Of a DNA stretch of 61,140 bases, positions 46,267-59,299 are shown piece after piece. The translations under genes were made by a program, and so were the position numbers. Numbering within the stretch: position 1 is the stretch's first letter; each line of letters begins with the position of its first letter. Source of the DNA: Alphaproteobacteria bacterium UBA3307 (lineage in GTDB: Bacteria; Pseudomonadota; Alphaproteobacteria; RF32; CAG-239); contig DEST01000115.1 of assembly GCA_002361365.1 (NCBI GenBank), positions 1 through 61,140 of the forward strand, read 5' to 3'. Below the pieces are notes generated by a model. That model ran no database searches. It had not been told where the DNA came from and saw nothing but the letters and a program-made list of their open reading frames with translations.

Positions 46267-46827
46267 ATGAAAAAAATTTTATTTTTTATTGCCACTATAT
46301 TTTTGTTTGATCAAACGGCAAATGCTGCGTCAAATCAACTGACTTATGAAGAAGAAATGTATCTTTTGGGTACAATGTCCGGCAAAGGACTTGCTTGCAA
46401 ATCGCAAAAATATCATCAATTTGAATTATTGGCACGTGCATTGATTGTCAGCAAAGCCCCTAATGCCGAAATTCAGCAACGCGGAATGCGCGAATATACC
46501 TCCGGTAAAGTAGATGCTTTTACCGAATCCGAACTCGATAACTTTGCTGATTGCGCACAAATTCTAAAGGCTTTCAATAATCAAAAAATCTTTCAGAGTG
46601 TGCTTTACGCCAATGGTAAAATTAAAATGTATGACGGAACGATTATCACGCCTCGGCAGCCGTATGATGCCTCCAAATTATACGTTAAAGACCGTGAGGC
46701 TTTCCGCAAAGCAGATGCCGCATATAAAAATTCTCTTGCACAAGCGCAAAAAAACGCGCAAAATATGAAAAAAGTGCCGCTGACAGACGCGCGCTATGAA
46801 TCTTATGCACAACAATTCAGCCAATAA
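46267..46827 (+). CDS. Secreted protein, unknown function (186 aa)
   Basis: Signal peptide MKKILFFIATIFLFDQTANA. No recognisable motif. Confidence 0.55.
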   Translation: MKKILFFIATIFLFDQTANAASNQLTYEEEMYLLGTMSGKGLACKSQKYHQFELLARALIVSKAPNAEIQQRGMREYTSGKVDAFTESELDNFADCAQILKAFNNQKIFQSVLYANGKIKMYDGTIITPRQPYDASKLYVKDREAFRKADAAYKNSLAQAQKNAQNMKKVPLTDARYESYAQQFSQ

Positions 46828-46839
46828 AAGGAGTACGAA

Positions 46840-48519
46840 ATGGCCGCTTATCAATATATTTTTGTGATGCAACATTTAACTAAGGTTCTACCGGCAGGAC
46901 GTGAGCTTTTTAAGGATATTACACTATCATTTTTACCGGGAGCAAAAATCGGGGTTTTGGGCGTGAATGGCGCCGGAAAATCGACATTGTTGAAAATTAT
47001 GGCCGGCATCGATAAGGAATTTAATGGTGAAGCTTGGGCGGCAGATGGTGTTAAAGTCGGATATTTGGAACAAGAGCCGCAATTAAATCCAGATAAAAAT
47101 GTGATGGAAAATGTTATGGACGGCTTGGGAGAAACACAGCGCTTGTTGCAGCGTTTTGAAGAAGTTTCCGCCAAATTTGCCGAACCGATGAGCGATGATG
47201 AGATGAACGCGCTGATTGAAGAGCAAGCCGAATTACAAGAAAAAATCGATGCTTGTAACGGTTGGGATATTGAACGCACCGTGCAAATTGCTATGGACGC
47301 ATTACGCTGCCCGCCGGCTGATGCCGATGTGACCAAACTTTCCGGCGGAGAAAAACGCCGCGTGGCTCTGTGTCGTTTGTTACTTTCAAAACCGGATATG
47401 CTGCTGTTGGATGAGCCGACAAACCATCTGGATGCAGAATCAGTCGCTTGGCTCGAACATCATTTGCGCGACTACAACGGAACAGTTGTTATGGTAACGC
47501 ATGACCGCTATTTCTTGGATAACGTAACCGGATGGATTTTGGAACTTGACCGCGGACAGGGTATTCCGTATGAAGGTAACTACACGTCGTGGCTTGAGCA
47601 AAAACAAAAACGCTTAGAACAAGAATCGCGTGAAGAAACGGCACGGCAACGCACTCTGGCAAGAGAGTTGGAATGGATTCATAAAAATCCGAAAGCCCGT
47701 CAGGCAAAATCTAAGGCACGTATCAATGCTTATGATGAATTGCTTTCACAAGCCGGAAAAGAAAAAATTACTACAGCGCATATCAATATTCCGATGACTG
47801 AACGCTTGGGAGATTTGGTAATTGAAGCAGAACATTTAACTAAAGGCTTTGGTGACCGCATCTTGATTGATGATTTATCCTTCAAAATTCCAAAGGGTGC
47901 TATTGTCGGTATTATCGGACCAAACGGTGCCGGCAAAACAACGCTTTTCCGAATGATTACCGGTCAGGAAAAGCCGGATTCCGGTACAATACGAATCGGG
48001 GAAACCGTTGATTTGGGATATGTTGACCAATCTCGCGATGAACTTAATCCGGATAAAAATGTATGGGAAGAAATTTCCGATGGTTTAGATATGATAGAAC
48101 TCGGCAAAAATGAAGTATCTTCACGAGCTTATGTCGGGCAGTTTAATTTTAAGGGTACAGACCAACAAAAGAAAGTCGGACAGCTTTCCGGTGGAGAACG
48201 TAACCGCGTACATTTGGCTAAAATGCTGCGCAAAGGGGCAAATGTCATCTTGCTTGATGAGCCGACCAACGATTTAGATGTGGACACTTTACGTTCTTTG
48301 GAAGAAGGCATCAGCGCATATCCGGGGTGTGTGCTCGTAACCTCGCACGACCGCTGGTTTTTAGACCGCTTGGCAACACATATTTTGGCTTATGAAGATA
48401 ATGGCCATGTTGAGTGGTTTGAGGGCAATTTTGAAGATTATGAAAAAAATAAAAAACTGCGCCTCGGTGAAGATGCTTGTAATCCACATCGAATCCGTTA
48501 CAAAAAGCTTGAGCGTTAA
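46840..48519 (+). CDS. ettA: Energy-dependent translational throttle protein EttA (ABC-F)
   Basis: [16 protein letters not shown]..., two ABC domains (GVNGAGKST and GPNGAGKTT), 559 aa. Confidence 0.93.
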   Translation: MAAYQYIFVMQHLTKVLPAGRELFKDITLSFLPGAKIGVLGVNGAGKSTLLKIMAGIDKEFNGEAWAADGVKVGYLEQEPQLNPDKNVMENVMDGLGETQRLLQRFEEVSAKFAEPMSDDEMNALIEEQAELQEKIDACNGWDIERTVQIAMDALRCPPADADVTKLSGGEKRRVALCRLLLSKPDMLLLDEPTNHLDAESVAWLEHHLRDYNGTVVMVTHDRYFLDNVTGWILELDRGQGIPYEGNYTSWLEQKQKRLEQESREETARQRTLARELEWIHKNPKARQAKSKARINAYDELLSQAGKEKITTAHINIPMTERLGDLVIEAEHLTKGFGDRILIDDLSFKIPKGAIVGIIGPNGAGKTTLFRMITGQEKPDSGTIRIGETVDLGYVDQSRDELNPDKNVWEEISDGLDMIELGKNEVSSRAYVGQFNFKGTDQQKKVGQLSGGERNRVHLAKMLRKGANVILLDEPTNDLDVDTLRSLEEGISAYPGCVLVTSHDRWFLDRLATHILAYEDNGHVEWFEGNFEDYEKNKKLRLGEDACNPHRIRYKKLER

Positions 48520-48528
48520 TTTGCAAGT

Positions 48529-48560
48529 AAAAAAGCTTTCTGCCTTCAGAAAGCTTTTTT
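48529..48560. terminator. Bidirectional intrinsic terminator
   Basis: AAAAAGCTTTCTG-ccttc-AGAAAGCTTTTTT. Confidence 0.8.
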
Positions 48561-48585
48561 ATTATTTCTTCCGAATTGTTGTAAA

Positions 48586-49050
48586 TCAATAGCGCTCATA
48601 ATTCCATTCTTCAAACGGGGTATAATCATAGGTTTGTTGCGGCTTATACACAAAAATGTTGGTCACTGTCGGCAAATTATATGAACGATGGTGATAGCCC
48701 TTTTCTTCCATACAAACCCGATAGTCGTGCGGATTGGAATTTGCCGTATCACGAATCGAATTGACCAACACCGGAGAAGCCCCCGGATACGGAACATAGC
48801 TTGCCCAAATTCCTTTTTCTTTATGCCAATCAACGTGGATATTATAGCGATATTCTTCCGAATAAAACCAACTGGCAAAATTCGGCCATTTAAGCCAACC
48901 TTCGGCTTTTCTTAAACATTCGGAATGGTCACGCGAAAATTTTGGAATTCCGGTATTTGCCTTATCCCAATTATATATCACTTGCCCTTGCCCGCTCTCG
49001 GTAAAGCAACCGGTCAGAAAAAAGCATATTATCAAAATAAAATATCTCAT
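48586..49050 (-). CDS. Lipoprotein, unknown function (154 aa)
   Basis: Lipobox LTGC (MRYFILIICFFLTGC). Trp/Tyr-rich mature part. Confidence 0.6.
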   Translation of the reverse strand: MRYFILIICFFLTGCFTESGQGQVIYNWDKANTGIPKFSRDHSECLRKAEGWLKWPNFASWFYSEEYRYNIHVDWHKEKGIWASYVPYPGASPVLVNSIRDTANSNPHDYRVCMEEKGYHHRSYNLPTVTNIFVYKPQQTYDYTPFEEWNYERY

Positions 49051-49051
49051 A

Positions 49052-49717
49052 TCAAAAATCCAAATTTGTATAGTTGGCTGAAGGGTAAATATTTTTTATT
49101 CTATCGTTCAAAATGTCTTTAAAACTCGGTCGAGATTTAATTTTTGAATACCAAAGTTTGGCATTAGTGTAATCTTCCCACGGAACATCACCTAAATAAT
49201 CTATAATAGAAAGTTGTGCTGCCGCGCTTATATCTGCCATTGAAAAATCATTTCCGGCAAGATAGTTATTGCGTTCAGATAACCAATCAATATATTCCAA
49301 ATGAAAACGTAAATTATTGATTCCGGCCTGAATGCGTTTAGATTCCGGTGGTTTATGCAATGCAAAACGTTTATAAACTTTTTCTCCGACAATATATTGA
49401 TAAACTTCGCGATAAAACTTGTTATCAAACCAATCTACCAAACGACGAGTTTCGGCGCGTTCTTTGTTGTTGCCTGCAAATAAACGGTTTTGAGTGTATG
49501 TTTCTTCCAAAAATTCACTGATGGCATAATTTCCGGCGATAATATTGCCGTCATAAATAAAGACAGGCAACTCACCGGCCGGATTTATTTTTAAAATATC
49601 TTTAGAAAGAGCCCACGGTGTTTCTTCTTTCAAAACATAGAGCATTTTCTTTTCGGCCATCAAAATCCGAATTTTGCGGCAATGCGGTAATATATTGCTA
49701 TGAACCAAAAGAACCAT
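49052..49717 (-). CDS. Glutathione S-transferase family protein
   Basis: N-terminal thioredoxin-like segment (NPAGELPVFIYDGNIIAGNYAISEFLEE) and a helical C-domain. Confidence 0.7.
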   Translation of the reverse strand: MVLLVHSNILPHCRKIRILMAEKKMLYVLKEETPWALSKDILKINPAGELPVFIYDGNIIAGNYAISEFLEETYTQNRLFAGNNKERAETRRLVDWFDNKFYREVYQYIVGEKVYKRFALHKPPESKRIQAGINNLRFHLEYIDWLSERNNYLAGNDFSMADISAAAQLSIIDYLGDVPWEDYTNAKLWYSKIKSRPSFKDILNDRIKNIYPSANYTNLDF

Positions 49718-49726
49718 AAAATCCTC

Positions 49727-50731
49727 CTAAATCCCATCTAATATGTCTTCAATATTTTTTTCTTTCACTTCTTCCTTTTGTTCTTCCACAATATGAGCGC
49801 CGGTGATATTTTCATCAAATTCCGGTGTATCTTCAAATTCGGAATAATCATCTGCAGCGGCATCAGGAATATCTTGCTCTTCGTCATCAATATTTTGCGA
49901 AAAGGACGGCGGAACTATGCCCTCGTTTTTTCGAACTTCATCGTTGATAATTCTGATAATTTCTTCTTTAACCTGCCGTACATATTCCGGCTTTTTAAAT
50001 TCTGTCTGAAAAGCCTCATTAAACAGCGAAAGTCTTTCCATTGTTCTGGATATAGCAATAAAAATCGGCATTTTAAAGATTGGCTGAGCCGAATACGTCA
50101 AATAATCTCCCAAGCCATAGCGACTGACCATTATGCGATTATAATATAAACTGCCAAGCATATAGTCTGCCTCGCCGAGTATGACTTTTTTGTATGCGTC
50201 TAATGAAGTTGGCACAAACTTGACATTAAAAGATTGGATTTTTTTATGAATAAAATCATTAAAATACTCGCTTTTCGCCACAACACCGCGCAGATTTTTC
50301 AAATCTTCCGACGAGCTTATTTTACGAGGAGAATCCGCTAAAGTAATTACATGCACCGGATTAGTAACCGCCGCCGGATATAACATATTCAGCCCATTAA
50401 AAAGTTCGGTATTGGCATAAGCACCGGCAAACAGTAGAATTTCACCGCTACGCACTTTAGTCAGCATAATTTTAACGTTTTCAACATCAGTGCGCGTAAC
50501 ATCACTTTTTTTGATTTTTATGCCTTGATTTTTCATTATTTCAATCGTCGGTTCGACTAAAGCACCGTGCAAAATGTAACGCGAATCATAATAAGCAAAC
50601 GGAGGAAAATCCGGCAAACCGGCAATCGGCATCGGCGCATCAAAATACGTTTCCTTTTTGACCAAATTTACGGCAAAGGAGACATCTGCACCACACAACA
50701 GCAACAAAAGCATCAACCAAAATTTTTTCAT
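49727..50731 (-). CDS. Periplasmic solute-binding protein (family 3-like) with an acidic C-terminal tail
   Basis: Signal peptide, PDFPPFAYYD, an overall SBP_bac_3-like pattern, and a C-terminal D/E-rich stretch of about 60 aa. Confidence 0.55.
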   Translation of the reverse strand: MKKFWLMLLLLLCGADVSFAVNLVKKETYFDAPMPIAGLPDFPPFAYYDSRYILHGALVEPTIEIMKNQGIKIKKSDVTRTDVENVKIMLTKVRSGEILLFAGAYANTELFNGLNMLYPAAVTNPVHVITLADSPRKISSSEDLKNLRGVVAKSEYFNDFIHKKIQSFNVKFVPTSLDAYKKVILGEADYMLGSLYYNRIMVSRYGLGDYLTYSAQPIFKMPIFIAISRTMERLSLFNEAFQTEFKKPEYVRQVKEEIIRIINDEVRKNEGIVPPSFSQNIDDEEQDIPDAAADDYSEFEDTPEFDENITGAHIVEEQKEEVKEKNIEDILDGI

Positions 50732-50865
50732 CTTTCCGTCATCCGTATATAACTAGGGCGACCACCCGAGTTCAGTATAAATAAATTGTGTTAAAAAGAT
50801 TTTAACCGATTGCATAAAAGCAATAATCTTGTAACATAATATAAAATAAATTTAAAAAGTACAAG

Positions 50866-51649
50866 ATGATAAATACGGATAAGAACTTATTTTTGCAATC
50901 AGCTCGAAATGTTATTGCCATTACTTCAGGTGTTGGCACAATGGGTAAAACGTGGCTGAGTATCACTTTGGCACACGCACTGAATACCCTTAAACACAGT
51001 GTTTTGTTGTTTGATGCCGATAACGGATTGCTCAATATCGAATCTCAACTTGATTTAAAAAAACGTATTCCGCTTAATGAAGCCGTTATTGCTAACGCTA
51101 CTCTCAATCAAACCATTATACCTTATAACCGACATAAGTTTGATATGACTGTAGGTACTGCCGGCAGTGACATTTTGGCGGCGGCACCAATCGGCAGATT
51201 GCAAATATTAAAAGATGATTTGCTGTTATTGGCTCGACAATATGATGATGTAATTATTGATTTGCCTGATTCCGAAAAAATTATGACACATTTTTTGCCG
51301 CAAGGCAGTGATTTGATTTTGGTATGTACCGATTCCCCTTCTAATATCGTCGCCACCTATATGTTTTTGCAAAATTATGCAACAACAGAAAAATGTAAAA
51401 ATCTGCAAATTATTGTTAATTATGCACAATCTTATGAAGATGGTTTGCAAACCTATAACACCTTGCGTCGTGCTTGTGAAAAATATATCAATGCCACACC
51501 GGCGCTGTTGGGGGTAGTCCGACGTGATACAAGAGTGCGTGATGCCATTCGCAACCGAGTGTTGCTTATTAACCGCTATCCAAATTCTGAAGCAGCAGAA
51601 GATGTTTTGCAAATTGCCCGCAAATTGATAAAAAAAGAGGAGGAAGAAC

Positions 51650-51663
<14 letters not shown>
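50866..51663 (+). CDS. MinD/ParA/FlhG-family ATPase with a deviant Walker A
   Basis: VIAITSGVGTMGKTWLSITLAHAL...LLFDADNGLLNI. The usual SGKGGVGKT is altered, so the signature Lys is absent. Confidence 0.65.
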
Positions 51664-53928
<2,265 letters not shown>

Positions 53929-53930
53929 AT

Positions 53931-54881
53931 ATGACACAAACAGAAAAAGTCAGCGCACAAATTTTAGAAAGCTTTAAGCAAGAAAATAAAAAAGCCGGTA
54001 TCCGTGTTTTTGTGGCCGGTGGTTCACGTGCCGGCAATAATACCCTTTATGCGCAAGAGGCGTATAATCTGGGACGTAAGATTGTACAAATGGATTTTAA
54101 GCTCGACTTCGGACTTTCTAACCGCGGAATTATGGGAGCTGTTGCCCGCGGCGTAATAGATGAATGGAATGCAAAACAAGAAAAGCAAGAAGATTTGCCG
54201 ATACAAGGAATTACTACCCAACAATATTTTGAGTTATATCCGAGTGATGATGACCTGATTCAAAAAATGGATATCGTGGTGGCAAAAACTTTGGAAGAAC
54301 GTAAGCAAAAATTGCTAAAATCTGATTTTGTGGTATTTGCACCTGGAGGTGTCGGAACTCTTGATGAATTAGCTTATGATTGTGTGGCAATGCAAGATGG
54401 AATGCTGACTGCTAAGCCGTTTATTATTTATAATATCAACGGCTATTTTCACCATCTTTTAGAATTTTTAAAATCTATTGCTAAAGAAGGATTTGCAGAC
54501 CCTGTGCCATTTATTGTGGTTGATAATGCCGACGAGCTGGAGATTGTGTTTAAATGGCTTAAGATGAAAATAATTGACTATTCTAACGGCAAAGAGGTTT
54601 TTGTAATGTCGCGCAAACTGATGTATGAACTTCCATATTACAGCAAACAGCGCGAATATTATGATATGGACGTTTTAACTTGTGCCGAGCGAATGGATTT
54701 TATTAAAGAACACGGAACCGATTTTGATCGGCAAATTTTACAAGATGAAATCCATACGGCGTATTTAGAAAAAGAAATTGAAAAAATGTACGACCGCTTG
54801 GCACAAACCGGTCGTGACACCGGAATTGTCAGCGATAAATTAGCTGAGCTTAAAAAACGGAAGAAAGAAATGCTGAAATGA
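53931..54881 (+). CDS. LOG/TIGR00730-family Rossmann protein with a C-terminal helical extension of about 120 aa
   Basis: VFVAGGSRAGNN...GLSNRGIMGAVARG...APGGVGTLDE motifs. The extension ends in a coiled-coil-like K/E tract. Confidence 0.65.
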   Translation: MTQTEKVSAQILESFKQENKKAGIRVFVAGGSRAGNNTLYAQEAYNLGRKIVQMDFKLDFGLSNRGIMGAVARGVIDEWNAKQEKQEDLPIQGITTQQYFELYPSDDDLIQKMDIVVAKTLEERKQKLLKSDFVVFAPGGVGTLDELAYDCVAMQDGMLTAKPFIIYNINGYFHHLLEFLKSIAKEGFADPVPFIVVDNADELEIVFKWLKMKIIDYSNGKEVFVMSRKLMYELPYYSKQREYYDMDVLTCAERMDFIKEHGTDFDRQILQDEIHTAYLEKEIEKMYDRLAQTGRDTGIVSDKLAELKKRKKEMLK

Positions 54882-56614
54882 ATGTATTTGCTTTTATTTT
54901 TAAATATTTACGCAAAACAAAAGTGATGGCCGGTGTTATCTTTTTTGCGATTGTGGCGCGCAGTGTTGCCGACCGCGGAGAGATATATTCAATGGCGCAA
55001 ATTATCGGTTTGCTGCCGCAATATACAACAGATAAAAGTATTTTAAGTCAGATTATTTTCTATATTTCTTTGCTCGGTTTATTTCTGATTTTTGAAGGTG
55101 TTTCCAACTATGTATGGCGGTATATGGGCGGGCAGTTTATGCCATATTTTTGCAGCCTTGTCTATAAGGATATTTTTGCGGCTGTGCACCATCAATCGGT
55201 TGCATTTTTCAATGAAGAAATGGCAGGCAAGGTTGCTTCAAAAACAAAAAATATCGTTTCAGGAATTCGTGAAATTTATTTCCAGATTGTGTTTGGGTTG
55301 ATTAGGCCGATTACAGGTATAGCCGTCAGTCTGTTTTTGATTTGTCGGGCAGATTTATTGATGGGCGGCTGCATCACCATACTGAATCTGATTTTTATGA
55401 CAGTAATTATTTTCATCCGCCGCAAAATCGGCTCATTTGCCGAAAAACGGGCGCGATTTAATGCCGAAACTGATGGTGTATTTATTGATACGGTAACAAA
55501 TTCGGACTTGGTAAAAAGTTTTGCCAATTACTTTTATGAAAAAAGCAAATTTTATCATGTTTTGCGCACCGCTGTCCGAGCCGAGCAAGAAGAACGCGGC
55601 AAAGATGCGTGGTTTGATTTGCAAGGCAAAATGGTATTTTATGTAATATATTTACTTTCCTGCATCAGTGTATTTTATTGTTGGTATTTAGGCAGGTTGC
55701 AGTTGGCTGACGTAGTGATGACAACCTCTCTCTTGAACGGACTTATGATGGAAGTTAACAACATCGGGTTTTTCGCCGGCGAATTTGCTCAAGATTACGG
55801 ACAAGTCAAAGATGGCTTAGAGTTGGTGTTTCAGCCGTGTCAAGTTCAAGATTTGCCAACAGCACATAACATAAAAATGCGCGGCAGTGCAATCAATTTT
55901 GCCGACATAACCTATCATTATTCCGGCAAAGAAAATTTGTTCAAAAACTTTAACTTGAAGATAAAATCGGGAGAAAAAGTCGGGCTGGTAGGACATTCGG
56001 GCAGCGGAAAATCAACACTGATAAAATTATTGGTGCGCTATTTTGATGTCTGCGGCGGCAAAATTATGGTCGGAGGAGAAAATATTCGCAATGTACGACA
56101 AAACAGCTTGCGAGCGCAAATTGCCGTTATTCCGCAAGATACAACTTTGTTTAATCGAACAATTATGGAAAATATCCGCTATGGCAATGTCAACGCTTCC
56201 GATGCCGAAGTTATAAAAGCAGCAAAAGCGGCATACGCTGATGAATTTATTAAAGATTTGCCAAACGGATATGCCAGCAAAGTAGGTGAACGCGGAGTAA
56301 TGCTTTCCGGCGGTGAACGCCAGCGAATCGCGATTGCTCGTGCTATTTTGAAAGATGCACCAATTCTGATTTTAGACGAAGCAACATCTGCTCTGGACAG
56401 CGAAAGTGAACAATATATTCAAAAATCGTTGAAAAAACTGATGAAAGGTAAAACGGTTATCGCCATTGCACACAGGCTCTCCACACTTAAAGAAATGGAC
56501 AGATTGGTAGTAATGGATAAAGGCAAAATTATTGAAGAAGGAGCTCACGATAAATTGCTTGCCTCTAAGGGTGCTTATTACGAATTTTATCAAATCCAAA
56601 GTTTGAACAAATAA
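54878..56614 (+). CDS. ABC exporter, fused permease-ATPase
   Basis: TM domain, then Walker A GHSGSGKST, signature LSGGERQR and Walker B ILILDEATSALD. Confidence 0.88.
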   Translation: MNVFAFIFKYLRKTKVMAGVIFFAIVARSVADRGEIYSMAQIIGLLPQYTTDKSILSQIIFYISLLGLFLIFEGVSNYVWRYMGGQFMPYFCSLVYKDIFAAVHHQSVAFFNEEMAGKVASKTKNIVSGIREIYFQIVFGLIRPITGIAVSLFLICRADLLMGGCITILNLIFMTVIIFIRRKIGSFAEKRARFNAETDGVFIDTVTNSDLVKSFANYFYEKSKFYHVLRTAVRAEQEERGKDAWFDLQGKMVFYVIYLLSCISVFYCWYLGRLQLADVVMTTSLLNGLMMEVNNIGFFAGEFAQDYGQVKDGLELVFQPCQVQDLPTAHNIKMRGSAINFADITYHYSGKENLFKNFNLKIKSGEKVGLVGHSGSGKSTLIKLLVRYFDVCGGKIMVGGENIRNVRQNSLRAQIAVIPQDTTLFNRTIMENIRYGNVNASDAEVIKAAKAAYADEFIKDLPNGYASKVGERGVMLSGGERQRIAIARAILKDAPILILDEATSALDSESEQYIQKSLKKLMKGKTVIAIAHRLSTLKEMDRLVVMDKGKIIEEGAHDKLLASKGAYYEFYQIQSLNK

Positions 56615-56765
56615 CTGCAAAAAAACACTTGATTTTTGCGCAAAACTTCATATTACAAGCACAATAAGTTGCGGCTGCGAAGAGATTCTGCAGTCGGATT
56701 TTTTAACCTTAAAATGATGCCTATATAGCAAATATAGTTTTTTTGTTTGATTTTTTGAGGATAAA

Positions 56766-56854
56766 ATGGATAAGTTTCCGTTGACAAAGACCGGCTTTGC
56801 CATGCTGGAACAAGAATTGAAAAGACGCAAAGGTACTGACCGCCCGAGCGTTTT
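56766..56854 (+). pseudogene. greA: greA 5' remnant (first roughly 29 codons only)
   Basis: MDKFPLTKTGFAMLEQELKRRKGTDRPSV matches the GreA N-terminus (M-x-K-F-P-[LM]-T..G...L..EL...K...RP). The frame then degenerates and stops at 56954. Confidence 0.6.
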
Positions 56855-57304
56855 GCCAAAGAGGTGGAATTTCTGGATTCGCATCAGGATGTGGGAGTGG
56901 TTGGTACTTGGTATGAACGATTTCCTCGCACAAAAATTAAAAAGAGGTATATAATAAACAGCCAAATCGAGCGCGACTTAATGTATAATTGCAGTATATT
57001 GCATCCGTCGGCGATGATTAGAAAATCTGTTTTGACAGATAATAATATTTGCTATGAAGCCGAATTTTCTCCCGCTGAAGACTATCGTTTATGGACACGG
57101 CTCATTGGCAAAACCAAATTCGCCAACATACCGGAGGTTTTGCAAAAATATCATGAATATGTCGGTAACACTTCCAAAACGCAATCTCAAAAAATGCGGG
57201 AATCTACCCTTAAGATTCATAAACTCTTAATTCAAGAACATACGCAACGCAAAATAAATAATGCTTGCAAAAAAAGTCAAATAGCATATATTCAAGCCAG
57301 TTAA
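56855..57304 (+). pseudogene. GT2 glycosyltransferase fragment lacking the N-terminal catalytic roughly one third
   Basis: AKEVEFLDSHQDVGVVGTWYE...CSILHPSAMIRKSVL...EDYRLWTRL...NIPEVLQKYH matches the middle and C-terminal GT2 pattern. No VPxYN or DxD region lies upstream. Confidence 0.55.
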
Positions 57305-57324
57305 TTTTAATATAGGAGAAAAAT

Positions 57325-58374
57325 ATGGCTTTAGTTTCTATGCGTCAGATTCTTGACGATGCGGCCGAACATAACTATGGTGTTCCGGCTTTTAATATCA
57401 ATAATATGGAGCAAATTATCGCTGTAATGCAGGCAGCACAAAAAGTAAATGCTCCGGTGATTATGCAAACCTCTACCGGTGCACGCAAATATGCCGGCGA
57501 CCCGATGATTCGTCATATGGTTGCAGCAGCTATTGAGATGTTTCCAAATGTACCGGTTTGTATTCACCAAGACCACGGTACTTCGGTTGATATTTGTCAA
57601 TCTGCAATCGTAAACGGTTATTCTTCGGTGATGATGGACGGCTCGTTAGAAGCAGACGGTAAAACTCCGGCATCATTTGAATATAACGTTCGTGTAACTC
57701 AAGAAGTTGTGGCGCGTGCTCATGCCGTCGGTGCTTCAGTTGAGGGCGAACTCGGTGTTATCGGTTCACTTGAAACAGGTAAAGCCGACAAAGAAGACGG
57801 AATCGGGGCAGAAGGTAAACTTGATAAAAAACGTTTGGTGACAGACCCAGACGAAGCTGCCGAGTTTGTAGCTCTGACGCATTTGGACGCTTTGGCGGTT
57901 GCTGTCGGCACATCGCACGGCGCCTATAAGTTTACGCGCAAACCGGACGGCGAAATCTTGGCTATTGATGTGATTGAAAAAATTCACACCAAGCTGCCGA
58001 ATACGCACCTTGTGATGCATGGTTCATCTTCCGTTCCGCAAGAATTGCAAGACTTAATCAATGCCTATGGCGGACAAATTCCGCAAACCTATGGTGTTCC
58101 GGTGGAAGAAATCGTTCGCGGTATTAAATCCGGCGTGCGCAAGGTTAATGTAGATACGGATTCGCGTATGGCCATTACCGGCGCAATTCGCAAGATTTAT
58201 GCAGAAAAGCCGTCGGAATTTGACCCGCGTAAATATCTCAAACCGGCAATCGAAGAAATGCAAAAAGTGTGTGAAGAGCGCTATATTGCTTTCGGTGCTG
58301 CCGGCTACGGTGATAAGATTAAAGCAATCAAACTTTCGGATATGGCAAAACGTTATGCCGCCGACGAGCTTTAA
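57325..58374 (+). CDS. fba: Class II fructose-bisphosphate aldolase
   Basis: [40 protein letters not shown]. Confidence 0.93.
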   Translation: MALVSMRQILDDAAEHNYGVPAFNINNMEQIIAVMQAAQKVNAPVIMQTSTGARKYAGDPMIRHMVAAAIEMFPNVPVCIHQDHGTSVDICQSAIVNGYSSVMMDGSLEADGKTPASFEYNVRVTQEVVARAHAVGASVEGELGVIGSLETGKADKEDGIGAEGKLDKKRLVTDPDEAAEFVALTHLDALAVAVGTSHGAYKFTRKPDGEILAIDVIEKIHTKLPNTHLVMHGSSSVPQELQDLINAYGGQIPQTYGVPVEEIVRGIKSGVRKVNVDTDSRMAITGAIRKIYAEKPSEFDPRKYLKPAIEEMQKVCEERYIAFGAAGYGDKIKAIKLSDMAKRYAADEL

Positions 58375-58398
58375 TCCACCGCAGACAGAACAAATACA

Positions 58399-58424
58399 AA
58401 CCGTCGGAGCAATCCGGCGGTTTT
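58399..58424 (+). terminator. Intrinsic terminator after fba
   Basis: AACCGTCGG-agcaat-CCGGCGGTT followed by TTT. Confidence 0.6.
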
Positions 58425-58558
58425 CTCTTAATAAAACAAAAATATTTAAAATACACGCAAGATTATTATTGCATTTTGTTTCTTTGTTTGTTATAAGTTT
58501 TTACAGGCAAAGTGGTAAACGCTTTGTTTAGAGTGATAAATCCGAAAGATTTATTGCT

Positions 58559-58744
58559 CGGGGATTTCAAACTCCCTTTACAAGTAATAAATAAATCCCC
58601 GACCGTGAGGTTTTCGGGTAATTTCTTCGACTTTATGGTCGGGGAACCTTAGGTATATGTTCAAGGCTATGCCTAAAAATCTAAGGGGTCTTTACTTGTA
58701 GGATTGTTTGAATTCCCCGACCACTTTTTAAGTGGTCTTTTTTT
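58559..58744 (+). ncRNA. Candidate structured RNA (about 165 nt plus terminator): long closing helix, two internal hairpins. 6S-like or riboswitch-like; class unassigned.
   Basis: 58559..58572 pairs with 58706..58719. TTACAAGTAA pairs with TTACTTGTA. TCCCCGACC (58596-604) pairs with GGTCGGGGA (58637-45). CCTTAG pairs with CTAAGG. Terminator GACCAC-ttttta-GTGGTC plus T7 at 58719..58744. Confidence 0.45.
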
Positions 58745-58807
58745 GTTTAACAATCGGACTATGCGCGTCAGATGACGTCATAGTCTTTAATTTTTACGGA
58801 GAAAAAA

Positions 58808-59059
58808 ATGACCAAGAAAAAAATATTACAGGTTGCCAATGATTGTGAACTGAAAGAACAAGATACTTTTTCTAAACAAGAACATGATAATATTGCGTTG
58901 ATTACAATGGATAGATGCCTGAAACAGTTAGCACCTTTTTTAAATGAACAGGAACGCAGTGATTTGATTATTGATATTGTATGTATGTTGGACGGTCGTT
59001 TGCGTCAACGCCAATATAATGCCGAAGAAATGGTAATGGGTGGAAATATCCTGTGTTAG
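58808..59059 (+). CDS. Hypothetical 83-aa protein
   Basis: Only an ORF, with GGAGAAAAAA before the ATG. No motif recognised. Confidence 0.35.
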   Translation: MTKKKILQVANDCELKEQDTFSKQEHDNIALITMDRCLKQLAPFLNEQERSDLIIDIVCMLDGRLRQRQYNAEEMVMGGNILC

Positions 59060-59299
59060 TTATACAAAAAATACAAAATTTTGTATTTTTTGTCTTGACA
59101 AACATAAAAAAAGGGTGTAAATGTATAAGTACAATGAAATTATGAAGTTACAAATTAGAAAACATTCTGCCTCCGGCAGCCTAAATATAATCTATTTATG
59201 AAACGTTTTAATTTTATTCGCGCGCCTGACTAAAATGTTATTCGTGCGCAAAGTCAAAAAATGAAAATCGTAATAGAATATGGCAACAAAAAACAAAAG

